A stretch of DNA of 62,972 nucleotides from Candidatus Aenigmatarchaeota archaeon (GTDB lineage: Archaea > Aenigmatarchaeota > Aenigmatarchaeia > CG10238-14 > SpSt-28). Shown piece by piece: positions 52,515 to 60,835 of this stretch. The notes under the pieces were generated by a model. That model was not told the origin of the DNA. It saw only the letters and a program-made list of their open reading frames with translations, and did not search any database. The first letter of the stretch is position 1, and every line of letters starts with the position of its first letter. Made by a program: the position numbers and the translations under genes. Location: contig JAWAZZ010000003.1 in NCBI GenBank assembly GCA_038997305.1, positions 1-62,972 on the forward strand, written 5' to 3'.

Positions 52515-53720
52515 TCTTAATCTTCTAAGTTTTAGAGAGTAAATATCTCTGTATTTAAAATATTCTCTTAATTTTTTTGCCAAATAGTAGATTAAAAAGA
52601 TTAAAATTAATGCAAATAAGAAATAAAGTATATAATACCAAGGAGTTGAAGTATAAATTTTTTCAACTCTTACAGATAGTTTTTCTAAATTAAGTTTTGT
52701 AATTTCCAAAATTGTAAGAATAATATATGATCTCGTTGCATCTAATTCCCTAATAGAATCTTGATAAAATTTAAATCTATAAAGATTTTTAGCAGCCAAC
52801 AAATGATAAGATGCGTTTTCTAAATATTTTTTTGCTAATTCTACATCTTTTTCTATACTTTCTAGATATGCAATTTCTTTTGTTAACTCCTTAATAATGT
52901 TTTCATAGTAAGATATAAGATTTTCAATCTTTTTTTCTTCCTCCAATTTTTTGATAACAATCTTTATTTTTAAACACTTTTGAATTTCCTTAGAAATAAA
53001 ACAGAAATCTTGAAAAGATTCGTTATCCTCAATGTTTGAAGAAGCATTTAATCTAAAAAGAAAGATTGCTGTTTCATTGAAAAACAGTTTAGATATTTTC
53101 TTAGGATAAATTAACTCAAGTCTCAAAAAATCTGCAAAAGAATAGTTAAATGTCACCTCTGATAATGTATTTCCTTTATTTATAACTTTTATATAGAAAT
53201 CTATAACATCTCCACTAGAAACATTTAAAACTTCTGGATATATTATTTCAACATCATATTTTTCTGGAATAGTTGAAATGGGCGCTCCTATAGGACTTTC
53301 AAAAAAATATTTTTTTCTGACATGTATTTGTGCAATTTCTTCTCTCGTATAATTTTCGGTATAACATCTTATAGAAATGTTATGTGTTCCAGAAGGTAAA
53401 GAAATTGAGGCATAAACCTCTATGAATTGAGAAGGGTTCAAATTATAAGGAGTAGATAAAAATCTTTGAATAACTCTTCTATCATTATATGCTGTAATTT
53501 CTACATAAAAATCTTTTTTTGTGCTTCCACAATTTTCGCAATTAACATATATTTGAAAAGGAACTCCTTCATCAACTTCAGAGGGCAAATTATAGTTTAA
53601 ACATGAAATGTCTTTTTCAAGATTTTCCAAAGACAAAATAAAAAACGCTGTAAAAGAATAGATGAAAAAAATAATTATTAAAGCTATTAAAAGTATTACA
53701 TATTTTTTAACTGTTTCCAT
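52509..53720 (-). CDS. Bitopic membrane protein (403 aa): N-terminal TM, CARDB-like modules, helical/coiled-coil stalk, C-terminal TM
   Basis: The N-terminal TM is YVILLIALIIIFFIYSFTAFFILSL. CARDB-like segments read GVPFQIYVNCENCGSTKKDFYVEITAY and VIDFYIKVINKGNTLSEVTFNYS. The helical segment KIENLISYYENIIKELTKEIAYLESIEKDVELAKKYLENA precedes the TM WYYILYFLFALILIFLIYYLA. It is the last gene of the ATPase operon. Confidence 0.75.
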   Translation of the reverse strand: METVKKYVILLIALIIIFFIYSFTAFFILSLENLEKDISCLNYNLPSEVDEGVPFQIYVNCENCGSTKKDFYVEITAYNDRRVIQRFLSTPYNLNPSQFIEVYASISLPSGTHNISIRCYTENYTREEIAQIHVRKKYFFESPIGAPISTIPEKYDVEIIYPEVLNVSSGDVIDFYIKVINKGNTLSEVTFNYSFADFLRLELIYPKKISKLFFNETAIFLFRLNASSNIEDNESFQDFCFISKEIQKCLKIKIVIKKLEEEKKIENLISYYENIIKELTKEIAYLESIEKDVELAKKYLENASYHLLAAKNLYRFKFYQDSIRELDATRSYIILTILEITKLNLEKLSVRVEKIYTSTPWYYILYFLFALILIFLIYYLAKKLREYFKYRDIYSLKLRRLRL

Positions 53721-53741
53721 AAATTTCTTCTTTTCGCAAAA

Positions 53742-54683
53742 TTAAAATACCAAAAATCCCATAATTTGGGAAATGACAAATTGTAATGCAAAAAATAGCA
53801 AAATTGCGATAGTAAATATTAGAGGAAAATATTTTAAACCTACTTTCTCATTTCCCTCTTTTAATGCGCCCAACATCATACTAGAAAAGAGCGATGTAAT
53901 AAAAATCATTATTATTGCAAAGTTTCTCATAAAGTTTACATCGATGTTTATTCCTTTGAAAGATAGCGGAATGTTTATTGGCATTTTTGCTTCAAACTCT
54001 TTTGGAGCTATTGTTTGAATAGTTTGAACGAAATATGTTGTAATTCCAAATAACACAGGCATTCCGAAAGCTGCAGCAAAAAATATAAACATTACATATA
54101 AATTAACTATTGCACTTAACTCTTTTTTCAAAACATTTCTAGTTCTCAAATCCTCACTAATTTCAAAAAGCAAATCAGAAATTTTCGAACCTTTTTTAAT
54201 TCCTTCTTTTAAAATGTATAAAAATCTTTGTAAAACGTCTATCTTATATTTTTGAGAATATCTATCTAAAACTTCTTCTATCGGTTTTCCACTATAGACT
54301 TCTTTTCCAATTCTTCTAAATATTTTATCTACTAACCCAAATTCTTTTCTACAACTAGAAACTATTGCAGCTTCTAATGTCATTCCGCTTTTTAAATTCG
54401 AAGATAATAAACTAATGAATTCTGGTAAAATATATTCAACTTGTTTTTTAGAATTTTCATAGCTCAAATATAAAAGAAAAATAAAGAAAATAAAACCAAC
54501 AAGAAAACTTAGTATAAATATTAAGAGGTTTTTAAAAATAAAGAGGGTTAGAGAAGCAATTATTAAAGAAAAGTAGAGTTGAGTTGTTATAAAAGAGTTT
54601 TCATCTATTTTCAAATCTAAATAATCTAACTTTTCTTTTATCCATCTAACATAACTTTTTGGAAATATTTTTTCTACTTTCAT
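53742..54683 (-). CDS. Type IV filament platform protein, FlaJ/TadC-like (T2SSF-type), half-size
   Basis: The 313-aa polytopic protein has a cytoplasmic helical block (LPEFISLLSSNLKSGMTLEAAIVSS...YSGKPIEEVLDRYSQKYK) between TM segments. It overlaps the paralogous upstream gene by 4 nt and lies next to the secretion ATPase. Confidence 0.7.
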   Translation of the reverse strand: MKVEKIFPKSYVRWIKEKLDYLDLKIDENSFITTQLYFSLIIASLTLFIFKNLLIFILSFLVGFIFFIFLLYLSYENSKKQVEYILPEFISLLSSNLKSGMTLEAAIVSSCRKEFGLVDKIFRRIGKEVYSGKPIEEVLDRYSQKYKIDVLQRFLYILKEGIKKGSKISDLLFEISEDLRTRNVLKKELSAIVNLYVMFIFFAAAFGMPVLFGITTYFVQTIQTIAPKEFEAKMPINIPLSFKGINIDVNFMRNFAIIMIFITSLFSSMMLGALKEGNEKVGLKYFPLIFTIAILLFFALQFVISQIMGFLVF

Positions 54684-55555
54684 ACTGATGGTCTTTTAGA
54701 TTTTATTATTCCAACAAAGTTAAACTGAATAAATGCAATCAAAACCGCTAAAATATAAAAAAGTTCTTTTGGTAAGTTAACTATTCCTAAAAAACTGCTC
54801 AATATTAAAATAACAACTAAGCCCATAGTAGGAAAAATTATGCAAAACATCATAAAAGATAGTGCTATCGGATTTAAAGAAGATCCATATTCTTTTATTT
54901 CTGCTCTTTGCTCATTAACAATGTTTGTAACAATATCTTTCAAAACACCAGATATTTCTACTCCACTCCTCAAAGAATTTATTATTTGCCACATAGCTCT
55001 TCTAAATTTTTGAGAAGGAATCTTTAAAGTTAATTCCTCCAATGCTTGAATTTCTGAATATCCTGAAGAGATTTTTTTAACAACTTCTTTTAGCTCTTTG
55101 CTTAAAATTCCATAATCTTGAGAAGAAATAGATATTAGTGCATCGTACAAAGAGACTCCACCTCTCAATTCTATTAGCAAATGTCTTAAAACAAAAGGTA
55201 AATTTTTTTCAACATCTCTAACTTTTCTAGAAACTAATAATTTGGGATAAAGAATGAAGTAAATAAAAACAAAAGATGAAAATGTTAAGGAAAGTATAGC
55301 TGCGTAGAAAAGTATATTTGTCTTTGAAATTATTCCTATAAAGAATAATATAGAAAATAGTACTAAAAACCAATGAAAAGAAGAATAAATAGCTAAAGAT
55401 AACCATTCTCTTTCTTCATAAGGAATATCTGCTTGCTTTAAAGTTATTTCTAAAGGAATGAATTTTGATAATTTATCTGCTAATGTATAAATTATTGTTT
55501 TTTTAGAAATGTTTAAAATCTTTTCTGGTTTTAAAGGTAAAAAAGGAATTTTCAT
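54680..55555 (-). CDS. Type IV filament platform protein, FlaJ/TadB-like (T2SSF-type), half-size
   Basis: The 291-aa protein contains LPFVLRHLLIELRGGVSLYDALISISSQDYGILSKELKEVVKKISSGYSEIQALEEL, a typical T2SSF cytoplasmic domain, with flanking TM helices. It has 4-nt overlaps on both sides. Confidence 0.7.
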   Translation of the reverse strand: MKIPFLPLKPEKILNISKKTIIYTLADKLSKFIPLEITLKQADIPYEEREWLSLAIYSSFHWFLVLFSILFFIGIISKTNILFYAAILSLTFSSFVFIYFILYPKLLVSRKVRDVEKNLPFVLRHLLIELRGGVSLYDALISISSQDYGILSKELKEVVKKISSGYSEIQALEELTLKIPSQKFRRAMWQIINSLRSGVEISGVLKDIVTNIVNEQRAEIKEYGSSLNPIALSFMMFCIIFPTMGLVVILILSSFLGIVNLPKELFYILAVLIAFIQFNFVGIIKSKRPSV

Positions 55556-57027
55556 AATAAATCTTGTGGTTTTTTACCTTTATTTATCGCTTCTAAAACT
55601 TCTTCCTTATTTCTATAATATAAAGCAATTATTTTTCCGATATTTTCAATTCCGTTAAAGTTGTTATTTATTAACCAGCTAAGTATTTTTTTCTTTTCTT
55701 CTAAATCATCTAACTGCTCTTTTTTACTCATTCCAGTAAACAATTCTAGCTCAGAAGAAATTCTTAAACTTTCATTAGAAGGAATTACTTTATCTAATTT
55801 TACTTCCCATCTAAACAAATCATTAACTTTTTGAGGTAAATATGTAACTATTTCGCTTATTTGGAATAATCTTCTTATTCCTCTTCTTCTTTCTCTAAAC
55901 ATAACAGCAAATAAATGTAAACTTTCCATTAATGTTTCTGGAACATTGATTGGTGGATGAGTTAATCTTCGGTATGCTTGCTCTGCTGTTTCTGCGTGTA
56001 AAGTTGCATATACACTATGACCAGTATGCATAGCTTCGAAAAGTACTTCTGCTTCTTCCGCTCTTCTTATTTCTCCAACAACAATTCTATCTGGTCTCAT
56101 TCTTAAGCTATTTACTAATAAATCTAGCATAGAAACTTCTCCTTTACCCTCTGCGCTAGCTGCTCTTGTAACTAGTGGAACCCAATGATGAAAAGATGCA
56201 AGTTGAATTTCTCTGGTATCTTCAATGCTAACAATTCTTTGGTTCGGAGGAATAAATTCTAGAATAACATTAAGTAGAGACGTTTTTCCGCTTCCAGTAC
56301 CGCCTGCGATTATTATGTTTAATTCATATTGAACAGCTTGCCATAAAAATGCTGCCGCTTCTAAAGATAAGGTATTAGAATTAATAAAATCGATTATTGT
56401 CCAGGGATTTCTTCTAAACTTTCTAATTGTTATCGTATTTCCAAAAGCACTTATAGGGAATAGTGTTGCGTTAACTCTGTCACCAGTTAATAAATATGCA
56501 TCCATTAAAGGATTTAGAACGTTTATTTGTCTTCCAACTCTTCTTCCAATAATACTTGCAATATTATAAATTTCTTGTTCATTCTTCAACAAAATATTCG
56601 TTTTTAACCAACCAAATTTTTTATGATAAACCCATATGGGTTCTTTTGAGCTATTTATCGCAATTTCTTCTAAATTAGGATCTTCAATCAAAAATTCTAT
56701 TATTCCAGTACCTAACATTTCGATAACAATCAAATTTGCTAAAAAGTTTGCGTCTTCCTCTTTTATCTTTATTATTTTTCTTATTTCGTTCTTTGCTTTT
56801 TCAAAAAATTCCTTCTTTAATTTTTCATAATCCTCTTTGCTAATGTTTTCTTTTATAGGAACTTCAGCAATTAACTTTTCCTTTATCTCTTCTTTTAAAA
56901 TTTCTGTTCCTTTTTCTAATTTTGGAATTTTTATATTATAATAACTTACAAAATCTCCTCTATCTATTATTTCTACTTCTGCGCTTACAAATTCTAAATT
57001 TATTTTATATTTATCTAGTATTTTCAT
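55552..57027 (-). CDS. Type II/IV secretion-family ATPase (FlaI/ArlI/TadA/CpaF-like, T2SSE)
   Basis: The motifs are RVNATLFPISAFGNTITIRKF, Walker A IIAGGTGSGKTSLLN, RIVSIEDTREI, the Asp/His boxes RPDRIVVGEIRRAEEAEVLFEAMHTGHSVYATLHA, and a FlaI-like N-terminal domain. Confidence 0.9.
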   Translation of the reverse strand: MKILDKYKINLEFVSAEVEIIDRGDFVSYYNIKIPKLEKGTEILKEEIKEKLIAEVPIKENISKEDYEKLKKEFFEKAKNEIRKIIKIKEEDANFLANLIVIEMLGTGIIEFLIEDPNLEEIAINSSKEPIWVYHKKFGWLKTNILLKNEQEIYNIASIIGRRVGRQINVLNPLMDAYLLTGDRVNATLFPISAFGNTITIRKFRRNPWTIIDFINSNTLSLEAAAFLWQAVQYELNIIIAGGTGSGKTSLLNVILEFIPPNQRIVSIEDTREIQLASFHHWVPLVTRAASAEGKGEVSMLDLLVNSLRMRPDRIVVGEIRRAEEAEVLFEAMHTGHSVYATLHAETAEQAYRRLTHPPINVPETLMESLHLFAVMFRERRRGIRRLFQISEIVTYLPQKVNDLFRWEVKLDKVIPSNESLRISSELELFTGMSKKEQLDDLEEKKKILSWLINNNFNGIENIGKIIALYYRNKEEVLEAINKGKKPQDLL

Positions 57028-57638
57028 CTTTTCTTCTTAACAATTACTTTTCCTAATGTGTATCCTAGTTCTACCAATCCATATTTTTCTAAAATTTTCA
57101 AATATTTTTCTAAAAAGCTTTCATCTTCTTTCAATTCTTTTGCTAACGAACTTAAATCTATGCTTTCTTTGCTTTCCAAAATTCTCAGTATTTTATCTAA
57201 TGTAGTTGTGATTGTTTCTTCTTTTGCAATCTCTTTATTCTCTTTCTCAAAATGAGATGCTAATAGCTTTATTATATCGCTTTTGCTAACAATTCCAATA
57301 ACTTTTTTATTTTCATCTACTATAGGTATTCTAGATATATCATGCTTTATCATAAGTTTTAGTAAAGTTTTTAGAGTTGTTGTTGGTTTTGCAACTATTA
57401 ATCTCTTTCTTCTCTTAATTACATCTTTTGCTTTTATTTCTTTAAATTTTTCTTCTCCAAACCTTTCCAAAAGTTTTATAATATCTGTTTGAGATATTAT
57501 GCCGACAATTTTTCCACTTTCATCCAATACTGGCAAGCCAGAAATGTTATGAGAAGTAAGTTTTTTAGAAATTTCGTATAGACTTTCATCTAAATTGGCA
57601 AATATTATTTGGGTAGACATTATGTCCTTTGCTTTCAT
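57024..57638 (-). CDS. CBS-pair protein with a C-terminal winged-helix-like domain
   Basis: Two CBS motifs are present (IMSTQIIFANLDESLYEISKKLTSHNISGLPVLDESGKIVGIISQTDIIKLL and a second IPIVDENKKVIGIVSKSDIIKLL). The C-terminus reads LDKILRILESKESIDLSSLAKELKEDESFLEKYLKILEKYGLVE. It overlaps the ATPase gene by 4 nt. Confidence 0.8.
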   Translation of the reverse strand: MKAKDIMSTQIIFANLDESLYEISKKLTSHNISGLPVLDESGKIVGIISQTDIIKLLERFGEEKFKEIKAKDVIKRRKRLIVAKPTTTLKTLLKLMIKHDISRIPIVDENKKVIGIVSKSDIIKLLASHFEKENKEIAKEETITTTLDKILRILESKESIDLSSLAKELKEDESFLEKYLKILEKYGLVELGYTLGKVIVKKKR

Positions 57639-57666
57639 AAAATAGATAATAGCAAATTACATTATT

Positions 57667-58053
57667 ATGAAAGTTCAAAGCGCATTAGAATACTTTATAG
57701 TATCTTCTTTTATTTTATCTGTAATATTAATTGGGTTTTCTTTAGCCTTTAGAGAAAGTTTTTCTAGTGTTTCTCAAGCAAACATTAGACAAATAGATCT
57801 AAATGTTCAAAAAATTATATTTTATTCACAATCTGTATACTCTCAAGGGTATCCAGCAAAATACACAATACTTTTAAACTTTCCGATAGAAACAAAAATA
57901 TATAATATTTCGAATTCGCTAGTAATCGAATATTCTAAGAATAAGTTTGTTTATCCTTTAGATTTTAAAATCTTTGTTAATGAAAGTTTTTTTGGGTTGC
58001 AAAAAATAGAAATATTGGCTGAAAACGATTATGTTAAGATTAGAAAGGTTTAA
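57667..58053 (+). CDS. Small pilin-like protein 1 (128 aa), class III signal peptide
   Basis: MKV|QSALEYFIVSSFILSVILIGFSLAF has a short basic leader, Q then E at +5 and Y at +6, and then a ~20-aa hydrophobic helix. This fits the DUF361/Flp-like pattern. Confidence 0.75.
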   Translation: MKVQSALEYFIVSSFILSVILIGFSLAFRESFSSVSQANIRQIDLNVQKIIFYSQSVYSQGYPAKYTILLNFPIETKIYNISNSLVIEYSKNKFVYPLDFKIFVNESFFGLQKIEILAENDYVKIRKV

Positions 58054-58414
58054 ATTACAGGTTGCAATAGAATACTATTTAGGTATAAGTTTTTTGTTAT
58101 TGATATTTCTAGCATTAGCTTATGCTTATATAGAAACCCAAAGGAGTTTAGAAAAGTTTTTAGATTATTATATTCAGCAATCTAATTGTTATTATATTTC
58201 TTCTCTGTTAAACTCTTTATTTCCACTAACTATAAAAAACATCTCTTATACTAAAGAATTCTTCATTCAAACTAAGTATGAAATAACTGTTAAAAATTAT
58301 ATAGTTAATGTTGGGAATGTTTCTTGCTTAAGCAAAATAGAAAGTGTTAACGGAACTATAAAAAATGGAAAAAATTTAATAATAGTTGAAAATGGATATG
58401 TTAAGATTATTTAA
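58031..58414 (+). CDS. Small pilin-like protein 2 (127 aa), class III signal peptide
   Basis: The N-terminus is MLRLERFKL|QVAIEYYLGISFLLLIFLALAYAY. The gene overlaps gene 1 by 23 nt. Its C-terminus ENGYVKII is paralogous to the gene 1 C-terminus ENDYVKIRKV. Confidence 0.75.
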   Translation: MLRLERFKLQVAIEYYLGISFLLLIFLALAYAYIETQRSLEKFLDYYIQQSNCYYISSLLNSLFPLTIKNISYTKEFFIQTKYEITVKNYIVNVGNVSCLSKIESVNGTIKNGKNLIIVENGYVKII

Positions 58415-58871
58415 ACTTCAAATATCCATAAATGAATTTTTCTTGGCAATTTCTATATTCTTAATAATCGTGTTTTTGCTCTATATATTTCAATTAAACA
58501 AATTTAGCGAACTCTATAACTTTTACGAAGATTTATTATTACAACAAGACCTAGAAAACTTAGAGGTTTTTTTAGATATTGAAGGTAAGCCAAAAAATTG
58601 GAATTACTCTTATTACGAAATTCTTGGCTTAAAAAGTGAAGAAAAAATAGATTATTCAAAAGTTTTGAGTACAAAAAACATTAGTTATTTAAAAATAAAA
58701 GAAAATCTTTTCATATCAAATGAATTTTGCATAGATTTAGATATTGATAAAATTGGTAATTGTAACTTTAACAATTCTAAAAAAGTTTTTGTAAGAAGAG
58801 TTATATATCCTATAGAGTTTGAAAATGAAAGTGTAATATTAAAGGAGATTAAGTTAATAGTTTGGAAATAA
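58398..58871 (+). CDS. Small pilin-like protein 3 (157 aa), class III signal peptide
   Basis: I prefer the ATG at 58398 (MLRLFKL|QISINEFFLAISIFLIIVFLLY), by analogy with gene 2, to the TTG at 58386. The gene overlaps gene 2 by 17 nt. Confidence 0.7.
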   Translation: MLRLFKLQISINEFFLAISIFLIIVFLLYIFQLNKFSELYNFYEDLLLQQDLENLEVFLDIEGKPKNWNYSYYEILGLKSEEKIDYSKVLSTKNISYLKIKENLFISNEFCIDLDIDKIGNCNFNNSKKVFVRRVIYPIEFENESVILKEIKLIVWK

Positions 58872-58873
58872 TT

Positions 58874-60835
58874 ATGAAATTAATATCTTTTTCATTAGAT
58901 ATTGTTTTATCTTTAATAATTTTTTCTTTTGCTCTTATTATCTTTAACTATTACCTTTTTTCTGGAAATGTAGGATTCAAAAACATAGAAATCTATCAAT
59001 CTCAACCTCAGACAAAAAATTATGCAAGCGAAATTCTTAACTCTCTAATAAATACAAAACTAAAAGAAGTTTTGTACCTAAATTTTTCTTTTAATGTTGA
59101 TGAAAATGATTTAGAAAAGTCTTTAGCAGAAATTATTTCTTCTCTTTATGTTTCTGGAATTTATTCAAACAATCAAACCCTAAAAAATTATGCAAAAGAA
59201 ATTGCAGAAAAGTTTTTAAACGAAATTTCGAAAAACTATTGCATAGAGCTAAGAATAGTAAATGAAAGCATTTATAAAAATTGTAACAATTATTCTTCTA
59301 TAGTTCAGAGCGATTCTGCATTTATTTCGGGATTAGAATATGGCAAACCAATAAAAGGTTATATTGCAAGGGCTTGGTTAACCCAATACAGAAAAAACAC
59401 CACAAAAATTATTGATTTTATTATTAGCGGTTCTGGTTGGAAAGTTATAGCTAATAATGGGGGAGATTTTGAATATTATAAAAACTTTTACATAGATCCA
59501 GATATAAAAATCTATAACGCAACTTTGTTTTTTTCGATGCATGTTGGAAACATAAGAACAGAAACTGCGTTATTTAAAAGAGTTAGCATAAATAATTGCG
59601 AATTAAGAAATTCTGTTTTGAATAACATAATTTATAGCCAATGCGAAGGGACTTCTACAGAAACTAATTGTGCTATTTTTTCTATCATTGATGTGACAAA
59701 TTGTATAAAAAATGGAAATAATGAAATTGTAATAGTTGCTGGCGCGCCTCAAAGCTATCATGCACACATTCATCCAGGTTTTAAACTTTCTCTTTTTATA
59801 AATGTTCCTGAAAGCTTAAAAGAAGGGAGTAAAGAATTTAAACAAAGAATTTATTTTGATAGAATAGTTGGAAGAACTGGAGCTTGGCTAATAATGCCAT
59901 TTTTTATTCCAGAGAATGCAATATTCTACAATGCAAGCTTATATCTTAAAGTTTTAAATGTCGAAGATTCGTATATAAAAAATGTTAATACTAGCGATAT
60001 AATAATATTTCTTAATTCAAAAAATCCTATATACAAAGATGGAAACGATAGTATAGATGTTTGGTATCCGCAAACTCCATATTATTGCAATAATATCGAT
60101 TATAGAAATTATTATTGTAACAGATATTTTGCAAGTTCGAAGAATATAAACATCACTATGAACATTACTCAATACTTAATTAAAGGAACGAATACTCTAT
60201 CGATTTACATAAACTCTTTTGGAGATTTTCATTGGGGCAAAGATTTTGCAGAAATTTCTAACGAAAGTTACATAGATATTTACTATATTCTTAACGAATC
60301 AAACTTAAAATATGGAGAAATCGAAATATCTAAAGAAATAATTTTTGGTGGAAAGCCAGAAAATCCAAAAACTTATTATTATAACAGAAGTGAAGAAAAA
60401 ATTTCTTCCGCTTTTATTCATTTAGTTCAAGGATTTAGCTCTATGATTAATGCATCTATTAATAACATTTCTTTTTATCTTTCACCATCTCCAAGAGCTG
60501 TTCCATCTCATTTCTATTTGTATCCAAATTTAATAAAATTTGGAAATAATACTATAAGGTTAACCGATATTCAGCCTAGCGGAAGTATAAGTCCTTCTAA
60601 TTACATCTTGCCATGGACTTCTTTAGAAATAAACTATATAGTTAAAGGTTTAGTAGGATATGGTAATGTTTTTGAAAATCAAAGTTTAGCAATAGAGGAC
60701 GCTATAAAAAGATTGAAAAATCAAATAGGAAATATCGAAATTTCTAATGTTCAAATAGATACTGAAGATGTCTATGGAATAAGATGGTTATTTGGACCAG
60801 AAATCTTAAAAATAATAGTATGGCCAAAGGATTAA
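58874..60835 (+). CDS. Large pilin-like/minor-pilin or tip protein (653 aa) with an N-terminal hydrophobic helix
   Basis: I prefer the ATG at 58874, 2 nt after the previous stop, to the TTG at 58862. The N-terminus is MKLISFSLDIVLSLIIFSFALIIFNYY and the remainder is Cys- and Asn-rich and extracellular-looking. Confidence 0.65.
   Translation: MKLISFSLDIVLSLIIFSFALIIFNYYLFSGNVGFKNIEIYQSQPQTKNYASEILNSLINTKLKEVLYLNFSFNVDENDLEKSLAEIISSLYVSGIYSNNQTLKNYAKEIAEKFLNEISKNYCIELRIVNESIYKNCNNYSSIVQSDSAFISGLEYGKPIKGYIARAWLTQYRKNTTKIIDFIISGSGWKVIANNGGDFEYYKNFYIDPDIKIYNATLFFSMHVGNIRTETALFKRVSINNCELRNSVLNNIIYSQCEGTSTETNCAIFSIIDVTNCIKNGNNEIVIVAGAPQSYHAHIHPGFKLSLFINVPESLKEGSKEFKQRIYFDRIVGRTGAWLIMPFFIPENAIFYNASLYLKVLNVEDSYIKNVNTSDIIIFLNSKNPIYKDGNDSIDVWYPQTPYYCNNIDYRNYYCNRYFASSKNINITMNITQYLIKGTNTLSIYINSFGDFHWGKDFAEISNESYIDIYYILNESNLKYGEIEISKEIIFGGKPENPKTYYYNRSEEKISSAFIHLVQGFSSMINASINNISFYLSPSPRAVPSHFYLYPNLIKFGNNTIRLTDIQPSGSISPSNYILPWTSLEINYIVKGLVGYGNVFENQSLAIEDAIKRLKNQIGNIEISNVQIDTEDVYGIRWLFGPEILKIIVWPKD

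Noticed and set aside
53773-57492. Plus-strand ORFs 53773-54018, 56636-56830, 57058-57255 and 57283-57492
   Set aside because: They are antisense to the platform, ATPase and CBS genes, all of which have strong family motifs. The antisense ORFs are short and low-complexity.
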